Of a stretch of 43,351 nt of DNA, positions 28,599-41,933 are shown piece by piece. The notes below the pieces were generated by a model, which worked only from the letters and a program-made list of their open reading frames with translations, ran no database searches and had not been told where the DNA came from. The DNA comes from Amoebidium appalachense (lineage: Eukaryota > Protista > Ichthyosporea): the NCBI GenBank assembly GCA_963693365.1, contig CAVNZM010000037.1, positions 1 to 43,351 on the forward strand. Direction: 5' to 3'. Position numbers and translations under genes: made by a program. Position 1 is the first letter of the stretch. Each line of letters opens with the position of its first letter.

Positions 28599-29267
28599 CT
28601 AACTTGCCATGATCTTGCTATACTCTATCTTGTGGGCACGGGTGTGTCTGCCAGGTTTTCCTATAGAGACACGCTCTCCTGCGGGAACAAACGACGACCC
28701 GCCCAAAACCCGTGTCAGCACCGTTCCCAGTCTCTTGATCCCCACCTCGCAATCGTCCAACATATTTATGTCAGCCCATTGTCGCATGCAACCGGCCATC
28801 CCCGATGTCGTAACCCAGGTCCCATTCTCGATACCAAAGCTGTGTGTTCCGCGTGCGCCTGTCGCTATGTCCTTTAGAAAGTGTATTTCGTTCGACTCCT
28901 GTGCCCTCTCCGTTGGTTTTGTCCGGGTTGTGCAGATGTCCCCGTGACACCCCCAAATTAGCCGCAGAGTGTCGGGCTCCACCGTCACAAACACCCCAAG
29001 AGATTCTATGGTCTCAACGGCAACCCTATAAACCTCGATGGATGCGTAACCAAACAGGTGCACACGAGCCTGTCGACCAGGGTAGAAGCGTTGGTACGCC
29101 TGCACCTGTCCAAGCGCCGCCTTCCACTGCGCCACACGCTTGACCTCGATGACCTGCGTGTCCGTGAGCAGGTCGATTCGGCCGGCTGGCGTGACCACTT
29201 CGCACTTCCCCCCCTCAATCCTGGCTAACCGATCTCTGACCGACCCTTCATCATACGATGCCATCAT
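28599..29267 (-). CDS. PD-(D/E)XK nuclease fused to a helicase-type C-terminal (winged-helix-like) domain
   Basis: EVVTPAGRIDLLTDTQVIEVKRVAQWKAALGQ (intact E-D-ExK). The C-terminal ~100 aa align with the C-terminus of 29944-31947. Confidence 0.7.
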   Translation of the reverse strand: MMASYDEGSVRDRLARIEGGKCEVVTPAGRIDLLTDTQVIEVKRVAQWKAALGQVQAYQRFYPGRQARVHLFGYASIEVYRVAVETIESLGVFVTVEPDTLRLIWGCHGDICTTRTKPTERAQESNEIHFLKDIATGARGTHSFGIENGTWVTTSGMAGCMRQWADINMLDDCEVGIKRLGTVLTRVLGGSSFVPAGERVSIGKPGRHTRAHKIEYSKIMAS

Positions 29268-29361
29268 AATAGGGTACAAAAAAACATGACTCATTTTTAT
29301 ATTATAAGCCAGTCGGGGTGTTATGAGTCCGATATAGCACCAATCACAACAACACCACCGA

Positions 29362-29580
29362 CACACCACCAACCTACCCAAGTTACCACCAACCTACCAA
29401 CAGTAATCGCGATTTCGATTAGTAGAATTAGACCCAAACATCGATTTCACTTATAAATAGTAGGTTGGGTAGGTTCAGTGGGTTGTTTTGGGGTTGAGTC
29501 GAGCTGGGGCAAAAACAAACGAACACCAACGATGTGTGTTTGGGGGGGCCCCTCCGAGAACCTACCCAACCTACCGAAGT
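29362..29580. repeat. AACCTACC iteron-like array with a 17-bp inverted repeat
   Basis: CAACCTACC at 29370 and 29390; GTAGGTTGGGTAGGTTC (29460-29476) pairs with GAACCTACCCAACCTAC (29558-29574). Confidence 0.75.
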
Positions 29581-29943
29581 TAAAAAACCCCAACAACCAA
29601 TGAAATACGCCCGTTAAACCAAGAAACCAATCGGATGGCTTTGTTAAAAACGTTTGCGCAAAACCCAAGCTACCACCAAGTGGCCGAAGTTACTGAAAGG
29701 AAGCTGGCGATCACTTATGCGAAAGTATCTTCGAGAACGAAACTCGATAAGCACGCGATGTCTTTGACACTGCCCCCACTACCACCGAGTTATCCCCGAA
29801 GCAGATTTGCAGTCCTCGGCACCATAGGCGATCGCATTCACCCTCGTACTCTTGACCTCCCCCAAAATGGCAGTGACGGCCATTCCAAAGTCTCGTTGTG
29901 TGGGTCTTCTGGACTTGTAGGTTGTGTTTCTCTCCCACCACAA

Positions 29944-31947
29944 CTATTTATATGCCTGTATCTGTTTGAAATCAATGGTATATGCATGTGCCCTGTTGCT
30001 GGATCCATGGCTTTGTCCAATAACTATTTGGCTGGGATTGACGAGTTTCCGGGGTCCCAGAACCTTGGTCAACATTGAACCCAGCCTGTTGACACTGACA
30101 ACTCTCCGGCCATCGTAACCGTTGGCATCTGCCCATTGACGCATATGTTCTGCCAACCCCTGCGTTGTAGCATGGGCCCCATCTCCGATGCCAAGGTCAA
30201 CTGCTGCATCACCAGCATTTGCAACGTCGCGGAGAAACTGGAGCTCCAAGGGCAAGCTCTTCTCCATTAGCTCTCGCCGGAGGCTTGTGTCGGGAGGGAC
30301 TTCAAGAGTGGACTTCACGCCTGGTAGATCAACCAAGTAGTGGAAAAGTGCTTGTAGGACATCTGCTCGCTTGTAATACTCGATGAATGCACTGTAGTAC
30401 TCACGCTGCCCTATGCGCATTCCACTAGCCTCAAGGCACATGTAGCGTCGGTCACTCTGCTCAACTCGCACAGCCCAATCCTCGTTGGTCAAAAAGGCGT
30501 AGCGCTCGTAGGTGCGTGTGTGGACACCATCCACTCCCTTCTTCTCCAAGATGGCATCCTCTTGCGTGATGAGCGCTTTCAGTATGTTGTTGACTTCGTG
30601 ACAGCCACCAAACGTACATTCATCGACAACCGCCAGAAGCTTGTGCATTAGATGTGCATTAAACTTGCTTGAAAGATGGTCTTTGTTTTTGATTGAGGCA
30701 CTGTAATTCTCGCCAATTAAGCGTTGAACTACCTCAAACCACGTATTCTTACCAGCCCCTTGTGCAGACTTCACAAGGATCGCCGTGCCTGGTTTGGTAG
30801 CTGGGTACTGGAAGATATGAGCGGTCCAGCGTAACAGATACCAAAAAGCATCTTCGTTACCGTTTGCTAATATCTCATACGCATGGCGTACGAACATTTC
30901 AGCAGGATGTCCCGAATAGAGCCCATACTTTTCCAACAGCTCGTCAGTCATCAAAACCCCACTGCGATTCGGAAGGATGGGTGGTACGATACATCTGGGT
31001 CCGGTGTAGTTGAATGCCGAGTCGTACTTGAACCGAAGACCTCGAAAAATGTTAAAAACTCGGCGTTCACCATGTAGATAGGCTTCCTTGACGAGGTTTG
31101 TTTTGGGGCTGGGTGATTCTGGATCAAAGACAGCCAAAACATAAGTTGGGATCTCGCCATTCATGAAGTCGACCCCCGTGTACCTTTTCTCCGTGTCCCG
31201 GTCAATATACTCCACACTAAACCGTTGAATCGAGTTTCGCATATCGTCCTTCGATAAAGTTCTGAGTTCATAGACCTGCCTCTCAGGGGACCATTGCTTC
31301 AGGATGTAGAGGCTTGTTCCGTTAACATATGCAGCCCATTTGCTCAGATAGGCGACCAGACCACTACGCCCCCAATCCGAACCAATGATGCGTGGTAGAA
31401 ACGGCATGCGGTCGGGGGGCTCGCTGTCCTCTCTTTCCAACTCGTCAAAGATGGATCGCTCGGGTGTAAAGTCCATCATGGTTGTGTCACATGTCGGAGA
31501 GGACTTGGCTTTAGTGGGTTGTGTCTCTTTGCCGTAGATGGACGTGAAGGCGCCGGCGGTGTTCCAACGCATCACACCCCCAGAGTTCCAATCACGAATG
31601 GGGTTGACGATAACACGGTTGGCCTTCGAAAATCTTTCGGACGCCCAGGCCGTCATGGCTGCTCGGTCAGGTCCAGGGGGCTGATGCCTTGCATTGCACT
31701 CCAAATGGGCAGTTTTGGTCCGCTTTGTCAAGCATGTGCGGATTTCACCATATGAGGTTCCAAATGTTGTTTGAATTGACTTGAAAAGATCGTCGTGGTC
31801 AAAAGGCTCGCCATCCACACGCATTTCTCGTTCACCAGTAGGGGCATAGACAGCAAGGTACCAATCCTGACAGCGCCGTCTCAGACTTGTTCCTTCCACA
31901 GCCTGCGGGGGAGGCTCGGCGCCTTCACAGCATACTGTTGGTTCCAT
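29944..31947 (-). CDS. SF3 helicase / primase-associated protein (D5-like, DUF5906-type)
   Basis: Walker A SAQGAGKN, Walker B LAVVDE, motif C FLTNE, arginine finger SDRRY, plus FNIFRG and WTAHIFQYP. Confidence 0.88.
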   Translation of the reverse strand: MEPTVCCEGAEPPPQAVEGTSLRRRCQDWYLAVYAPTGEREMRVDGEPFDHDDLFKSIQTTFGTSYGEIRTCLTKRTKTAHLECNARHQPPGPDRAAMTAWASERFSKANRVIVNPIRDWNSGGVMRWNTAGAFTSIYGKETQPTKAKSSPTCDTTMMDFTPERSIFDELEREDSEPPDRMPFLPRIIGSDWGRSGLVAYLSKWAAYVNGTSLYILKQWSPERQVYELRTLSKDDMRNSIQRFSVEYIDRDTEKRYTGVDFMNGEIPTYVLAVFDPESPSPKTNLVKEAYLHGERRVFNIFRGLRFKYDSAFNYTGPRCIVPPILPNRSGVLMTDELLEKYGLYSGHPAEMFVRHAYEILANGNEDAFWYLLRWTAHIFQYPATKPGTAILVKSAQGAGKNTWFEVVQRLIGENYSASIKNKDHLSSKFNAHLMHKLLAVVDECTFGGCHEVNNILKALITQEDAILEKKGVDGVHTRTYERYAFLTNEDWAVRVEQSDRRYMCLEASGMRIGQREYYSAFIEYYKRADVLQALFHYLVDLPGVKSTLEVPPDTSLRRELMEKSLPLELQFLRDVANAGDAAVDLGIGDGAHATTQGLAEHMRQWADANGYDGRRVVSVNRLGSMLTKVLGPRKLVNPSQIVIGQSHGSSNRAHAYTIDFKQIQAYK

Positions 31948-31988
31948 TATCTATAGGATGAGAAAAAAAAAATCGGCAGGCAGTTGTA

Positions 31989-32232
31989 AGTGAACCACTT
32001 GAACCACCTGAACCACTGAACCAGGGGGGTAAATCACCCCCTCCAGAAATATACTCGAGGTTGGTGTTTGTGTCTGTTCTCTGCTGGATTACAAAAACAG
32101 TGGTTCAGAGTGGTTCAAGTGGTTCACTCTATTAGAATTGGGTCAAAATGTCAAGTTTTAATATAAGAAATCGGAAAACCGCGAACCACTGCGAACCACT
32201 GACCGGCAGTATGAAAAGATGTAGTGGTTCAG
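31989..32232. repeat. GAACCAC iteron-like array with a 19-bp inverted repeat
   Basis: Four TGAACCA(C) at 31991-32023 and three GTGGTTCA at 32100-32126; AGTGAACCACTTGAACCAC (31989-32007) pairs perfectly with 32110-32128. More copies at 32183-32232. Confidence 0.8.
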
Positions 32233-32389
32233 CCCCTCTTTTTGTTATTATCAGTTACAATGATCAGCAAGTGTGGATCCGACCAAGAGAGAGTAGTAGT
32301 ACAGACTGGCACCTTTTGGATGTGTTGCTTCCTTTTATACCTTTGAGGTGGGGTGTGAAAGTTGAGATTTTTTCTTGTGGCCTACAGTG

Positions 32390-32533
32390 ATGGCCACCTA
32401 CAACGAGGCGTTCGTCAGAGACAAATTGGCACGGATCGAGGCGAACCCCACATCGGAAAGAACAATGGCGTACCATTTCAACAAAAGCAAGGTCTTGGAC
32501 TTTGATGCAAGTTGTCTGGTCGATGATCAATAA
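32390..32533 (+). pseudogene. Truncated nuclease-family remnant (47 aa)
   Basis: MATYNEAFVRDKLARIE matches the N-termini YDEGSVRDRLARIE and YDEAFVRERLAELE, then diverges. Confidence 0.5.
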
Positions 32534-32600
32534 ATGACCCCACCGAAGGGGCGGGGGGGGGGCACGTGAGGCACGCGTTTTTTTCTGCGCACTGTACAGG

Positions 32601-32957
32601 ATGTCTGCGGTAGGCTACGACGAGGCGTTCGTACGCGAGCGACTGGCCGAGCTCGAGGACGGGGTGTGCGGGGTGCCCACTCGGGCCGGCCGGATTGACG
32701 TGCTGACGAGCACGCAGGTCATCGAGGTGCAGCGTGTGTCGCAGTGGAAGACGGCGATCGGAAACGTGCTCGCATACAGCCACTACTACCCCGACCGCCA
32801 ACCGAGGATCCACCTGTTCGACTATGCGCCGGCAGACGTGTACAGGATTGCCGTGCAAACCATCACGTCGCTCAACATCACGCTTACAACCGAAGAGGAC
32901 ACGTTGCAGCTGATTTGGGGGGACGACGCGGGCAAAGACGTAAAAGACGAAAAATAA
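32601..32957 (+). CDS. PD-(D/E)XK-like nuclease homologue (catalytic K replaced by Q)
   Basis: TRAGRIDVLTSTQVIEVQRVSQWKTAIGNVLAYSHYYPDRQPRIHLF. Confidence 0.7.
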   Translation: MSAVGYDEAFVRERLAELEDGVCGVPTRAGRIDVLTSTQVIEVQRVSQWKTAIGNVLAYSHYYPDRQPRIHLFDYAPADVYRIAVQTITSLNITLTTEEDTLQLIWGDDAGKDVKDEK

Positions 32958-33055
32958 ATAAAGAAGCCATGGGCAAAAAGTCAAAGCAGCGCAGAGTTGG
33001 CCAATAAACGGTCAAAGCTAGCGCGAAGTAGTGAATATTCAACGAAGCTAGCGCA

Positions 33056-34905
<1,850 letters not shown>

Positions 34906-34994
34906 GCCCCCCCCCCCCCCCCCCCCCCAAAAAAAACCCTCCTCCCATCTACCCGCACAACCCCAACCCCACATTATATCGTGCACCGGGTAAC

Positions 34995-35388
34995 ATGGAC
35001 GCTGGCGCACCCCTTCCCCCACCCAGCCCATTCGCACCCCCCTCCCCCGATCCGCACGAGCCCGCGCAGCACCCCCGGGCCCTCCCCCATCCTACTGGCC
35101 ATCCTGGCCGGCCTGATCCTCTACGTGCTCTGGGACACGTTCAGCCCACGTGTGCGGCGGCGCCTGGCGGTGCTCAAGTGCCAGCGCGCGTGCCCAATGT
35201 GTGCCAGCTGCGGCAGCTGCGTTCCCCGCCGCAAGTGTGCGCACTGCCCCCGCTGCCACGTGTGCGGTGCCAGCCCCACTCGGTGCGCACAGTGCCCCGC
35301 ATGCACGCGCTGCCCGCCCGAGCAGAAGTGCCCGGCGTGCCCCACGTGTGCGCATGCGCCTGCGGTGGTGATCAAGGAGCGCACTTGA
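34995..35388 (+). CDS. TM protein with CxxC repeats (start out of frame, probable indel in a C-run)
   Basis: ILLAILAGLILYVLW followed by CPMCASC, CAHCPRCHVC and CPACPTC; ATG 34995 is in another frame. Confidence 0.5.
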
Positions 35389-35424
35389 AGGCTTGGGTGA
35401 GCAGAGATTTTTGTGGCATAGAGT

Positions 35425-35685
35425 ATGGCGTACCGATGGGAGTACAAGCTGAAGGAGGAGCCCGGCAAGGCACCCGTGGTGCAGGCAACTATTGTGCCGA
35501 CCGAGGCCACCACCCGGCGGACGCAGATGGAGCAACGAGTATATGCACAAGAGCTTGCGGAAAAGGGCTATATAGATCTGCCCGATGAGTTGGCGGAGAA
35601 GTGTGGATTCAAGAAGTGGGTGCCCAAGAATCAACGACAGACAGCAATTGTACTGCAGAAGATGATGGAGCCTGAGGATGCATAG
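35425..35685 (+). CDS. Small hypothetical protein
   Basis: 86-aa ATG ORF with an AT-rich motif about 20 nt upstream. Confidence 0.5.
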   Translation: MAYRWEYKLKEEPGKAPVVQATIVPTEATTRRTQMEQRVYAQELAEKGYIDLPDELAEKCGFKKWVPKNQRQTAIVLQKMMEPEDA

Positions 35686-35885
35686 AGACCTACACAAGCC
35701 AAAGGATGAATGGACTCACACCACAAACATGGAAAATGTAAATGACGAGAGAATCTCCACAAACATGGAAAATGTAAATGACGAGAGAATCTGTTGGGGT
35801 TTAATTTTGATGAGCTGGAGTCTATCTCCCCCCCCCCCTCCCCCTCCCCTACACCGTTCAATGAAAACTTGGTAGCATGTGTATC

Positions 35886-36104
<219 letters not shown>

Positions 36105-36348
36105 CAATGTACGTGCCAGTGTGCTCGTACACAGATTGAAAAGGAGACTTGGGGTATATTAAATGGAGTCTCTCCCGCTACCACGGGCAAATACATTCAA
36201 TAGTCATTACGGAAACTTGGTACTGTTACCGGGCAAATACAATATACATGAAAATTTGGATAAGATTGAAGCAGATCACATTCGAATAAACATTACAGAA
36301 AACTTGGTATGAAAACTTTGTACCACGTCTTTCCTCCACCACACCCAT

Positions 36349-36590
36349 CACAAACCCTAAGTAAGATGTGAATGTGGGGCCTACCCGCCGCCACCACCAC
36401 AACTACGTTTCCCCCACCGCACCCACCACAAACCCTAAGTAAGATGTGAATGTGGGGCCTACCCGCCGCCACCACCACAACTACGTTTCCCCCACCGCAC
36501 CCACCACAAACCCTAAGTAAGATGTGAATGTGGGGCCTACCCGCCGCCACCACCACAACTACGTTTCCCCCACCGCACCCACCACAAACC
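36349..36590. repeat. 78-bp tandem repeat, three copies
   Basis: CAAACCCTAAGTAAGATGTGAATGTGGGGCCTACCCGCC... at 36351, 36429 and 36507. Confidence 0.95.
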
Positions 36591-36599
36591 ATGTGTGGT

Positions 36600-36941
36600 C
36601 TACCCACTCAAAAGCTCCTCCTCGAACTGCTCAAGCTCCTCCTCGAACTGCTCGATGTCAGCCTTGTACTTCTCTCTCAGCTTTTTCCACTGTGCATGGG
36701 ACACCTGTGGGTTGATAGTTGGGTGTAAGTAGTAGTCCAGCCAGGTGATTTGTTTATGCAAGGCTCAGACATCACTGTATGCCATTACCTCAAACACACC
36801 CACGCACCCACCAATACACCACCATGGCACACACCCACAGGAAACGAACTCCTACGTGTGGACCAGGTCAAGAAAAACTCTGCAAGGACTCAAAAAACCG
36901 TTTTTACGAACCCCTACATGTAATTGTGAATGCTAGGGCAT

Positions 36942-36999
<58 letters not shown>

Positions 37000-39608
37000 G
37001 TGTTTTTTTGTTTGTTGTTTTTTTTGGTTTGTTTTTTTTGGTTTGTTTTTTTTTTGTTTTTTTTTTTTTTTTTTTTTTTTTTTTTGGGGGGGGGGGTACC
37101 TCGAAAACGAGTTCCCTGTCAGTGTAGCCACACGTGCATGCCGGGGGGGGCTTCTTGCCAGCGACCACAAGCCAGTTGACCGTGGCAAAATTTACCGCCT
37201 CGGCCAAGCTGCTACCAGCAGCATACCCAAAGTGGTATGCTCCAGGCAAGGTGCAGATGACCTCACCGGCGTGCTGAACCGTGCGCTGCACGGGGATGCC
37301 CTTCTTCATCAAATAACGGGGGTGGATGAACACAGACTGCCCCACCCAAATGTTAGTCATATGAAAACCCGGGTGGTCGTTTTTGTAAGTGCTTTTTTGG
37401 TTCTTGTTCTTCACGTCTGTGTCTACCACTTGTTCTTCACGTCTGTGTCTACCACTTGTTCTTCACGTCTGTATCTACCACTCCCTCTCTCCCTCTTCTT
37501 GTTCGTCCTCTGTTACTGTGTGTGTGTGGTCGTTTTTTTTTATTGTTTTTTTTTTATTGTTTTTTTTTTTTTTTTTTTTTTTGGTGGGGGGCCTACCTTA
37601 TGCTGTGTGACTTTCTTACAGATACCGGCCCCCCGAAAGCTCAAGTCTCTCGTGGATATCCTCGAGGATAGACGTAACCTGTTCCTCGTACTCTGCACTG
37701 ATCACGAACCAGATTTTCTCTCCTGGCCCACGGACCATGATGTTGACACTCCCAAGTAGAAGGTCTTCTGTGTGGAGCACAATCGGACCCCCAGTCGTGA
37801 CACTGCAAAGAGGCATGGGATTAGTTGGGGCTAAAACAGTAATTACTTCCGACTAGATGTGGCCCAATACATTCCGAAAAGACCGACCCATACACACACC
37901 CAGGATGGTTCTGTGAACATAAGGGGCGTTCTGCAAGCCTGCCTTTTTCCTTTGTTTAATTATTTGTTTTTTTTTTTTTTGGGGGGGGGGGGGGGGCATA
38001 CTTATAGAGCATCGGTGTTGAGATGCCTATACGATCTTTGAATTCTCTTGATACTATTGAGTCAAGCGTCTCCAAGCTGAACATGTAGTCGATTTCTTTC
38101 TTCACCACCTGTCCCTCCTGTTAGTGCCTTCATGTTCACCATTCAACAACACACAGCATGCCTACATATACCCACCACAGTGCATCAACACAACATACAC
38201 TCTCCGCTGCACACCCACGCACGCACGCATGCCTACACAACATACACCCCACGCACGCACGCATCCCTACACAACATACACTCTCCGCACAAACACACGC
38301 ACGCACGCATCCCTACACAACATACACTCTCCGCACAAACACACGCACGCACGCATCCCTACACAACATACACTCTCCGCACAAACACACGCACGCACGC
38401 ATCCCTACACAACATACACTCTCCGCACAAACACACGCACGCACGCATCCCTACACAACATACACTCTCCGCACAAACACACGCACGCACGCATCCCTAC
38501 ACAACATACACTCTCCGCACAAACACACGCACGCACGCATCCCTACACAACATCCACTCTCCGCACAAACACACGCACGCACGCATCCCTACACAACATA
38601 CACTCTCCGCACAAACACACGCACGCACGCATCCCTACACAACATACACTCTCCGCACAAACACACGCACGCACGCATCCCTACACACACGCACACATGC
38701 CTACGCAACATACACTCTCCGCACAAACACACGCACGCACGCATGCACAACATACACTCTCTGCACAAACACACGCACGCACACATGCACAACATACACT
38801 CTCCGCACAAACACACGCACGCACGCATGCACAACATACACTCTCTGCACAAACACACGCACGCACACATGCACAACATACACTCTCCGCACAAACACAC
38901 GCACGCACGCATGCACAACATACACTCTCTGCACAAACACACGCACGCACACATGCACAACATACACTCTCCGCACAAACACACGCACGCACACATGCAC
39001 AACATCACTCTCCGCAAAAACACACACAACATACAAATCTTCGCCGCACACATACGTACCTCACTGGGTGTATGGGTGTTTTTAAGAGGCTTCAGATCTG
39101 TTCCGTAAAGGAACATTGATTTTTCACCATCCGATAGGGAGTCCAACAACCTCCAAAACTCCTCCTCCCCCACCGGATCCCCCTGCCCAATCGTGTTAGC
39201 CCCTGTTCATGGTAACCACATCCTAGTGGTTGCAAATACGCACCTCTGGAATTTGCCCTATGATGTCCTCCCTATAAACGAGGAAGACATCCCTGATGGT
39301 GGTAGCCTCCACCCAAATCCGGGTGTAGGATTTTCTCACTCGTGTGGCCTGAGCAGCCTTTTTCAGCCCCTGCACTACCGGCTCGGGAGGCACGAACTTG
39401 ACGGCACCAGCTGCCCGAAACTCGTGTTCTTTTTCGATTGACAAAACTATCTTCTCCAAGGAGAGCTTTTCTAGATGCATTTGGCGGAGATGTGCTACGG
39501 GTACCTCGTTGAACCCCGCCACCTCCCCAGTCTCAGTGTCTTGTTGTTGCCCCCTGTCCACCTCTCCCGCTTCTTGCTCTGTGTGTGCGTGCGTGTGTGT
39601 GCGTGTGT

Positions 39609-39652
<44 letters not shown>

Positions 39653-39739
39653 GCCGAGTGCATACATGCGTGCAGGTGCCTTCCCGTGGTGTGTGTGTGT
39701 GTGTGTGTGTGTCATGCATGCGTGCAGGTGCCTTCCCGT

Positions 39740-39771
<32 letters not shown>

Positions 39772-39797
39772 ATGCATGCGTGCAGGTGCCTTCCCGT

Positions 39798-39829
<32 letters not shown>

Positions 39830-39855
39830 ATGCATGCGTGCAGGTGCCTTCCCGT

Positions 39856-39887
<32 letters not shown>

Positions 39888-39913
39888 ATGCATGCGTGCA
39901 GGTGCCTTCCCGT

Positions 39914-39945
<32 letters not shown>

Positions 39946-40023
39946 ATGCATGCGTGCAGGTGCCTTCCCGTGGTGTGTGTGTGTGTGTGTGTGTGTCATG
40001 CATGCGTGCAGGTGCCTTCCCGT

Positions 40024-40056
<33 letters not shown>

Positions 40057-40273
40057 GGGGGGAGCCAGGGGGGGGGGGGTTTAGCCGAGTGCATACATGC
40101 GTGCAGGTGCCTTTCCGTGGTGTGTGTGTGTGTGTGTGTGTGTCATGCATGCGTGCAGGTGCCTCCCGTGGTGTGTGTGTGTGTGTGTGTGTGTCATGCA
40201 TGCGTGCAGGTGCCTTCCCGTGGTGTGTGTGTGTGTGTGTGTGTGTCATGCATGCGTGCAGGTGCCTTCCCGT

Positions 40274-40306
<33 letters not shown>

Positions 40307-40521
40307 GGGGGAGCCAGGGGGGGGGGGTTTAGCCGAGTGCATACATGCGTGCAGGTGCCTTTCCGTGGTGTGTGTGTGTGTGTGTGTGTGTCATGCATGC
40401 GTGCAGGTGCCTCCCGTGGTGTGTGTGTGTGTGTGTGTGTGTCATGCATGCGTGCAGGTGCCTTCCCGTGGTGTGTGTGTGTGTGTGTGTGTGTCATGCA
40501 TGCGTGCAGGTGCCTTCCCGT

Positions 40522-40564
<43 letters not shown>

Positions 40565-40634
40565 GGGAGGGGGGGGGGGGGGATGGGGGGTGGGATAGGC
40601 CTAGGTGCATGCATGCGTGCAGGTGCCTTCCCGT

Positions 40635-40674
<40 letters not shown>

Positions 40675-40747
40675 GGGGGAGGGGGGGGGGGGGGGATGGG
40701 GGGTGGGATAGGCCTAGGTGCATGCATGCGTGCAGGTGCCTTCCCGT

Positions 40748-40791
<44 letters not shown>

Positions 40792-41933
40792 GGAGGGGGG
40801 GGGGGGGGGGGATGGGGGTAGGGATAGGCCTAGGTGCATGCATGCGTGCAGGTGCCTTCCCGTGGTGTGTGTGTGGGGGGGGGGGGGGGGGATAAGCCGA
40901 GGTGCATGCATGCGTGCAGGTGTGTGATGGCTTCAATGTGTGGGTGATGGTGGTGTAGGTGGTTGGGTAATTGGGTGGTTGGTTGTGTGTGTGTGGGGGG
41001 GGGGGGGGGGGGGGGGGGGGGTTACCTGGCTGGAAATCCCACTCTCCCCCTTCTCCCTCTCCTCTCCACTCTCCCCCTTCTCCCTCTCCAACCCCCTCTT
41101 CCCCTTCTCCCTCTCCTCTCCACTCTCCCCCTTCTCCCTCTCCTCTCCGCTCTCCCCCTTCTCCCTCTCCAACCCACTCTCCCCCTTCTCCCTCTCCTCT
41201 CCACTCTCCCCCTTCTCCCTCTCCAACCCCCTCTTCCCCTTCTCCCTCTCCTCTCCACTCTCCCCCTTCTCCCTCTCCTCTCCACTCTCCCCCTTCTCCC
41301 TCTCCTCTCCACTCTCCCCCTTCTCCCTCTCCAACCCCCCTCTTCCCCTTCTCCCTCTCCTCTCCACTCTCCCCCTTCTCCCTCTCCAACCCCCTCTTCC
41401 CCTTCTCCCTCTCCTCTCCACTCTCCCCCTTCTCCCTCTCCAACCCCCTCTTCCCCTTCTCCCTCTCCTCTCCACTCTCCCCCTTCTCCCTCTCCTCTCC
41501 ACTCTCCCCCTTCTCCCTCTCCTCTCCACTCTCCCCCTTCTCCCTCTCCAACCCCCTCTTCCCCTTCTCCCTCTCCTCTCCACTCTCCCCCTTCTCCCTC
41601 TCCAACCCCCTCTTCCCCCTCTCCTTCATCATCACTCTTGTGGACCTCCACTTTTGCCCGCTTTTTCGGGTGGTTAATCGTCGGGGCCGGCAGTTTGACA
41701 GCAGGTCTGTCTGGAGGGCTGCGTGCAGCCCCATCCCACCACACTTCCCATCCGAGCCTTTTGAATATCCAAAAAATTTGTTTCTCCCCCGGCAAAGAAC
41801 CCGATGTTGGAAGTAGAGTCCGCTGTGACTAGGGTCGTCGTGGCGCGCTTGGGCGCTGACCCGTTTTTTACTGCTTTCAGTGTGTTAACTCCATGACTGA
41901 ACTCCATGACTTAACTCCATGACTTAACTCCAT
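36600..41933 (-). CDS. KDM4/JMJD2-like JmjN-JmjC histone demethylase, multi-exon (5' start uncertain)
   Basis: Exons: ...-41026, 39578-39244, 39182-39060, 38108-38002, 37802-37597, 37336-37100, 36704-36600. All introns are GT-AG, several with CTAAC branch points. Motifs: AGAVKFVPP (JmjN), [60 protein letters not shown]. One extra base in the C6 run 37629-37634 breaks the frame. Confidence 0.85.
38215..39035. repeat. Intronic minisatellite (46-bp then 42-bp units)
   Basis: CACGCACGCATCCCTACACAACATACACTCTCCGCACAAACA units. Confidence 0.95.
39580..41020. repeat. Intronic compound minisatellite
   Basis: CATGCATGCGTGCAGGTGCCTTCCCGTG(GT)n units with G-runs. Confidence 0.95.
41040..41625 (-). repeat. 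Purine-rich repeat, probably coding a Glu/Gly tract
   Basis: Reads [17 protein letters not shown] in the frame that reaches the 41025 splice donor. Confidence 0.7.

Noticed and set aside
26414-28612. 732-aa plus-strand ORF
   Set aside because: It is the antisense shadow of the triplicated unit; the recognisable motifs are on the minus strand.
31948-31975. Splice acceptor directly before the helicase ATG (similar at 32390 and 32601)
   Set aside because: It cannot be distinguished from the AT-patch promoter pattern, and no convincing donor was found.
38124-40930. His/Thr- and Cys/Val-rich ORFs
   Set aside because: They are translations of intronic mini- and microsatellites within the JmjC gene.
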